A stretch of 64,000 nt of DNA from the human T2T-CHM13v2.0 reference genome, Homo sapiens, in assembly GCF_009914755.1 (NCBI RefSeq), contig NC_060925.1; one strand, given 5' to 3'. Each line of letters starts with the position of its first letter. Position 1 is the stretch's first letter. The position numbers and the translations under genes are program-made. Below, one piece after another: positions 58,058-64,000 of the stretch. The notes beneath the pieces are model-generated. The model was not told where the DNA came from, did no database searches, and saw nothing but the letters and a program-made list of their open reading frames with translations.

Positions 58058-58625
58058 TGTATTAAGTTAATTATTAGACAATTTGGGGTGTACTAAGGCC
58101 GACATATCAGGAAATGGGAGCCCTTAAAATATACTTTATTGTAATCAGACTCCAAAAGAAAGGAAGACTCTATGCCATGGGGGCACATAGGGAATCACCA
58201 ACGTTGATAACTCTAGTAATATAGGAGAAGAGAATTTTGTGGGCAAGAGCTGTTATTGTGATTTCCATGGAAAGGAACAGGTGAGGCAGGGATGCCGGTT
58301 TAGGATGGGCTAGTTTGAATAATTTCAGCAGGCTCTATGGAATAGAGGCTGTGTCTAGTTTTCTGTTACCCGGCCTTGGGGTAATTAGGACAAATGTATC
58401 AAGGCCTAGGGTAAAATAGTAAGGTGGTTTGGGTTGTAGACTATATTAGTTGAAAGGAATGCCCATAGGAGGAAGATTGCTCCTCAGGAGTGAGAGACAA
58501 GGAGTCAGGAGTTCAAGGCAACGTGACTCAAGCATATTACTAGGTTGTCCAGATTAAGACATGTCAGACATATAGGGCAGATATTAAAGCATCAAGTTTC
58601 AGAAGCTAGAACCATGGTTAATACA
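58058..58625 (-). mobile_element. ERVL solo LTR (MER74/MER76 group) inserted in ERVL pol
   Basis: tgtattaa...ttaataca termini; gggcaagagctgttattgtg...gctagtttgaataatttcagc. Confidence 0.7.
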
Positions 58626-59201
58626 CACTATTCTACAGTGTTTTGTGCAATTAACTGGGCCACTGGCCCATAGAAAGAAACAGTATTCACCCATTCAAGG
58701 GTGGCTCTGAAAAACTGTGTAAAGGGAGTTGTAGTTTGCATGTTTTTGTGCTGTATACCTGGTTTTCTACTTTGCCTGGAAGAGGAGATTGCTTGATGTA
58801 CATAAATCTATGCTGATTCATCAGTTAATAAGTTTTTCTAAATGGGCAGGGATTTGTCATGAACAATAATAGTATAGCTAGATGGCAAAGGCTAATGGAA
58901 CAAATTACAAGATGGATAACAAGAGAGCCTAGAAAAGATACATGTGGATGAAACTTTAGGATTGATCAGAAAATATGAAAATAATCATGTCTCATGTAAA
59001 TGCTCATCAAAGAAGAGCAGAGAAAGCTCTCAATAATCAGGTGGACTAGATTACTTGTACTGGGAATGTTGGTCAGTTTCTTTTTCCAATGAGCTCATGA
59101 GGAAAGCTGCCATGGCAATAGTGATGGAAGTTTTTTGTGGATTCATCAGCATGGTTTTCCATTCAACAACAATGATCTGGCTGTAGTCACTCTTGAGTGC
59201 C

Positions 59202-59707
59202 TTTATCAGTTATCCATTACTAGGAAAAGTAAACATCCCCAAACTTGGTGCTTATAACAATCACCATTTACTTAACTTATGATTCTATGGGTTAGATGGC
59301 ATTTCTTTTTATTTGAGAGGATTTGGCTGGTTCTGCTTGTCTGTCTGATAAACTCCTGTTTCTCTGACAGGTCAGCTGGAGTCAGAAGATCTAAGATGGC
59401 CTCACTCACATTTCTACCAGTTGCCAGGCTGTTGGTTGAATTAACATGGGCAAATGGGCTACACGCCACTCATCACCTGCAGGCTATCCTGGGCTTCTTT
59501 ACAAGGTGGCAGACATGTTCCAAAAATAGAAAGTGAGCAATCCTGAATTTGTTAACATCCCACTCTCCTAAGCAAATCACAGACCTGCCCAGAGTGAAGA
59601 GAAAGAAAAGTAGACTTTGCTTGAAAGGTAGAATTCAAAGTTACATTTCAAAGGAACATTCATATAGAGTTCAGTAAAACTCCTGATTTTTTCCCCAATT
59701 AATCACA
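59202..59707 (-). mobile_element. MaLR LTR MLT1G/H-like inserted in ERVL integrase
   Basis: tcagttatccattact...ccccaaacttggtgcttataacaatcaccattta...ctaagatggcctcactcacat. Confidence 0.7.
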
Positions 59708-60694
59708 GTTCTCAAATTTTAATTTACCATAGTGCCTAACCTGCCAACCTAAGCTCCCAATATGGTAATACTCACTGAAGGAAAAAGCAAGCTACTTTGT
59801 GGCATATTGATTACATTGGATTCATTCTATTAAGAAATGGGCTGTGAATTTTTCCTTTCTGTTATAGATAACTAATCTACACATGGATTTGCCTTTTTGC
59901 TGATAATGTTTCTGCTAAAATCATATCTTTGAACTTATACAGGGTCCTGTAATTCTGACCATGAACATAGTTTGTAGAAATTAGTGGCACCAGTGGGCTC
60001 ATGACCATGAAATTTGCTGGTTTTACTGTGTATCCCATTACCTTAATATAGCAAGAACCTGAATTGCATTGAAGATTCAAGGACTTCTTTTCAGCAGTCA
60101 CTTTCCGTTGCATTCCAAAAGAGTTGGTAGATATTTCACAAGCCTCTTGAAAAATGCAGATGGTTTCCTGTGATTTTTTTTTGAGATTTATCTATTACAA
60201 TTCTTTTACATTTTATTCAAATTGGATCCACAATGATATAGTGTCCCAGTTAAATGAACATCATATGTTATAAAGTGGATAATACTCATGGCAGATGGAG
60301 TGAGTATGAATGTTTAGTAAGGGTTTCCATAAGCAGATGGTAACTGTTACAACTCACTCTTTTCCCCAGTCATGTCAGTGTTTGCTCACTGGATACATAC
60401 ACAATGGGCATAATGACAGAGAGGAAAGCTGTGCATAGGCTTAAATATTTGATATTCTTGCACCAGACTGATGGGGCTAATGTCACTGCAGAGTGCCTAA
60501 CCTGTAAATGGCAGATGTCAATGGCAAGTGTATATATGTACTTGTATATATACGTGGTGCACATATATGTATGTCTGCATATATATGGCTACTGTCACTG
60601 CTGAGTGCTTAATCTGTCAATGACAAAGGTGAATGACAAGTGTATATACACTAGTATATGTAAGTAGTGCATACATATATATGTATATATATGT

Positions 60695-60696
<2 letters not shown>

Positions 60697-60729
<33 letters not shown>
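60697..60729. repeat. (TG)n microsatellite
   Basis: Pure TG run. Confidence 0.95.
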
Positions 60730-60733
<4 letters not shown>

Positions 60734-61824
60734 GCATCAGCCAGGCATCTGCTGACAGGCTGATTGCTTATTGCTTACATAATAAAGAGGGCAATGATTT
60801 GTCCTCACAGAGATGGAAATATATTCTAGGTACAGAATTTCCTTATTGCCCACAGTGTTTCTGCCAGCATCACAATTTATAAACTTAAAGAAAACTGTAT
60901 CCATGGCCACAATATCTCACACAGCATCTCTTATCTATCAAAGGACACTTTTCTTGGTGACAGAATTGAAGCAATTGGCTCACATACACAGTTCACTGAT
61001 GCAACCATATATTTAATCAACCAAATTCAGTGTAAGAAAATTGTGGAATAGTGTGATACGTTCTTAATTATGAAGACATCTTGAATAAAAATTCTTTAGG
61101 GTTATGATGCAGTCCTTATGGTGCTATACATGCCTTCATTAGTGCTCTTCATATGATGGTCTTTCTCTCATAAATGGAGTGCATGGGTTCATCAATTAAG
61201 AGTCTCACTTTATAGTGAGAAAATCTCATTTGACTTTATAGTGACAGCTGCTGAAGTATTTATCCCCTTATTTACATGATATTGAGCTCAATGAGTTAGT
61301 TCTATTCTCAAGGGAGAAGTGATTCTGCCAGGAAACAGAGTCATGTTTCCATTAAATTGGATGTCAAGACTGTCCCAGGCCATTTTAATATCTTCATGCT
61401 GCTAAATCAGCAGAAAGTAATGGAGGGTTACTATGTAAGCTAGAAGATTGATCATTTTCAGGGAGTTCATTGATTCAATCTAGTAGCTGTCCAAATTGCC
61501 CTTCAGCTGTGTTGATTCTACTATCCAGCTCATTTACTGGATTTTCTCTTTCCACAGCCAGACAGCCATCTTGAGCCAATGCTAATCATATTTTTTTTTA
61601 CTACTTTGAACCAATATTAATAAGTTCATTCTTGCTTTCTAGGTAGCAGTTCAGACAAAATGAGATAAACTAGAACATTAGCAATATTAATTCTAAGATG
61701 CTATCTATTCCCAGCTAGGAGGCCTTCTTCCTACCTATTTATAGTTATGAGGTATAAACTTCTCATGATACCAAATTGAATGCTATCATTGCGGTTGAAT
61801 CTATCAAAGCAGTATATATGACCA

Positions 61825-62040
61825 CTGATTGTTCAACAATTATTTTACTACCTACTCTATGCCAGTCACCCTTCTAAGTGTGTAGGACTCATCAGTAAAC
61901 AAAATACTAGCCTGCATGGAGCTTGCAATCCAGTAGGGAGAAAGCAGAAAATAAATATAAAAGAGCAAGATTTACAAGGGGATTGTAGAGTATAAGATGT
62001 TAGATGCTATGGACAAAATGAAATAATATAATAGTTTAAG
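61825..62040 (-). mobile_element. L2 3' end
   Basis: ttcaacaattattttactacctactctatgccag...cagtaaacaaaat...catggagcttgcaatccagtagggg. Confidence 0.65.
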
Positions 62041-62049
62041 AAGACCCAG

Positions 62050-63940
62050 AACTTTTCTGTCCTTCCGATAAGGGCAAAGGAACTGCACAGACATGAGACT
62101 ACTGAGAAACACCATATAAAGAAAGACAACAGTTGAGAAGCATTTTCTATTTACTTAAGGAAAAAGTGCCACTCAATTATATTTCATCCATAATACCGTC
62201 CTTCAAGTAACAAGGTTATAGAAAATTATTTGCTCCACCAGAACTCAAAAAATACCATACAACTGTGCTCTTTCCATGGAATCAAAAACAAGATGGCATT
62301 TATCCCAAAAAAGATAGTAGGGAAAACTTATGTTGAACATATATATATATATATAATGGCGGAGATAAGACTAAACAAGGTGGGGTCATGGATTGAAAAT
62401 ATATGTAAGCAATGTGTAGTCTGACAGACTAGAATGATATAAATAAAAGTGGTAGAAAGGAGGAGAGTAACAGGGGAAAGGCTAATAAGCTTATTGACTG
62501 CTCTTTAGATAACATTTGGGAGTCAAAGGCTTCCTTTTGAAACTGACAGATAGTAAAAGCTTAAGTGAGAAAATTAGATTAAGGTAAAATTAAAAATTAT
62601 TACAAAAAATAGAAAACTCATAGAATAAAAATACATACCTTCCCATATAAGTAACAGTTTTAGAAAACAAACAGAACACACCAAATGGTGAAAGAAACAC
62701 AGCACATCGTATATGGTACTGAGACCAACATAATAGTCATCAATAAATATGAATGAGCATACATGGTTTTCAAAGAGAAAAATATTTTCAAGTATGCTCA
62801 GAAATGAATTAAAAATACATTGATTAAAAAACTAAAATTGTAGGCATGGAGAAATACTTGTCAGAAAAATATAAATAATAAGAAAAGCAAAATTTACCAA
62901 TCCTGATACTCGATGTTAGAGATTTCACTATGAAAGTTAGACAAAAGTTAGTTAAGTTAGACACAAACAATACTTTGCAATGATAAAATTGACATTTACA
63001 GTGAAGCTACAACATGTCATTTCTGACCAGACAAGACAAGTGAACAGAAACCAAGAAAGGATATAAATGTTTATTGCAGCACTATTCACAATACCAAAGA
63101 CTTGGAAACAACCCAAATGCCCATCAATGATAGATTGGACAAAGAAAATGTGGTACATATACATCATGGAATACTATGCAGTGATAAAAAAGGATGAGTT
63201 CATGTCCTTTGCAGGGACATGGATGAAGCTAGAAACCATCTTTCTCAGCAAACTAACACAGGAACAGAAAACCAAACACTGCATGTTCTCACTCATAACT
63301 GGGAGCTGAAAAATGAGAACACATGGACACAGGTAGGGGAACAACACACACTGGAGCCTATTGCAGGGTGGAGGGCTAGGGGAGGGATAGCATTAGGAGA
63401 AATACCTAATGTAGATGATGGGTTGATGGGTGCAGCAAACTACTATGGCACACGTATACCTATGTAACAAACCTGCACATTCTGCATATGTATCCCAGAA
63501 CTTAAAGTATAGTAATTTAAAAAAAGATGTAAATAAAACCATGAAGTAAATACTTGGAAATACATCAAATACTATACTATATCATAGGGAACATATCTTC
63601 TTCTAGAAAACATGTAGAATGATTCCCTAAATTGATCATATCATAGAGCAAAAAGTAATAAAAAGTTTCCATAAAATACACATTTACAAACAAAACAATG
63701 CAATGAAACGAGAAATGAAAAAATAAAACCTTTTAATTTTTAACCTTTTAATAATTTAAAAATATTTCATTAACGAATTTTTTTTGGTAAAATAGGAAAC
63801 AAAAACAGTAGTTACAGAGTTTCTAAAAATTAATGATAATAAAAACAAGATATCAAATTTATGGGGTATATTTAAACTAATGCTGAGAGGGAAATTTCTG
63901 CTGCTAAAAGTATGTATCAATAAAAATGACACAAGCAATT
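62050..63940 (+). mobile_element. Very old L1ME-like remnant (inter-ORF/ORF2 EN region) hosting an L1PA7
   Basis: A-rich; catcaataaatatgaatg...; aaattgatcatatcatagagc; tatcaaatttatgggg...gagagggaaatttct. Confidence 0.5.
63069..63521 (+). mobile_element. 5'-truncated L1PA7-like 3' end
   Basis: MFIAALFTIPKTWKQPKCPSMIDWTKKMWYIYIMEYY; taggagaaatacctaatgtagatgatgggttgatgg; TSD aaaggatataaat / aaaagatgtaaat. Confidence 0.92.
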
Positions 63941-64000
63941 GGTTTTTAAATTTTTCAGCTAATGTATTCCTAGTTTGAAATTTTCATTTTTAAGCATCTT

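Larger units (their letters stand above)
56770..61460 (+). mobile_element. Decayed ERVL-class internal sequence (HERV16/ERVL-like): gag end, pol RNaseH/integrase, dUTPase-like region; interrupted by microsatellites and two LTRs
   Basis: gttcacagaaaaagaaccccttgaatgaaaggaagg (gag-pro boundary); tctcatgtaaatgctcatcaaag...aataatcaggtggac (RNase H SHVNAHQ..NNQVD); tggcatattgattacattgga (IN WHIDYIG). Confidence 0.75.

Overview
AT-rich primate (human-like) genomic DNA, gene-desert or deep-intronic in character. I recognise no protein-coding gene, tRNA, rRNA or CRISPR array. The ORFs I can identify are decayed LINE-1, Alu or ERVL fragments or microsatellite translations; the rest are short and unrecognisable. 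Much of the window is interspersed repeat: three large L1s (L1PA15/16-like + at 9.16-15.35 kb, L1MA-like - at 25.4-28.8 kb, near full-length L1PB4-like - at 37.2-44.8 kb), short L1PA 3' ends, 11 Alu copies, MaLR/ERVL/ERV1 LTRs, an ERVL internal region, DNA-transposon fossils (MER82, MER75B, MER3), and MIR/L2 relics. I found no support for a new biological system. The most unusual structure is a compound scar in the first L1 (14.0-15.0 kb): a captured fragment of a younger L1, a deletion, a micro-inversion, and two Alus inserted at the same site (triplicated TSD) that mirror an Alu pair about 2.45 kb upstream. Subfamily calls come from recalled consensus sequences and need RepeatMasker/Dfam confirmation.
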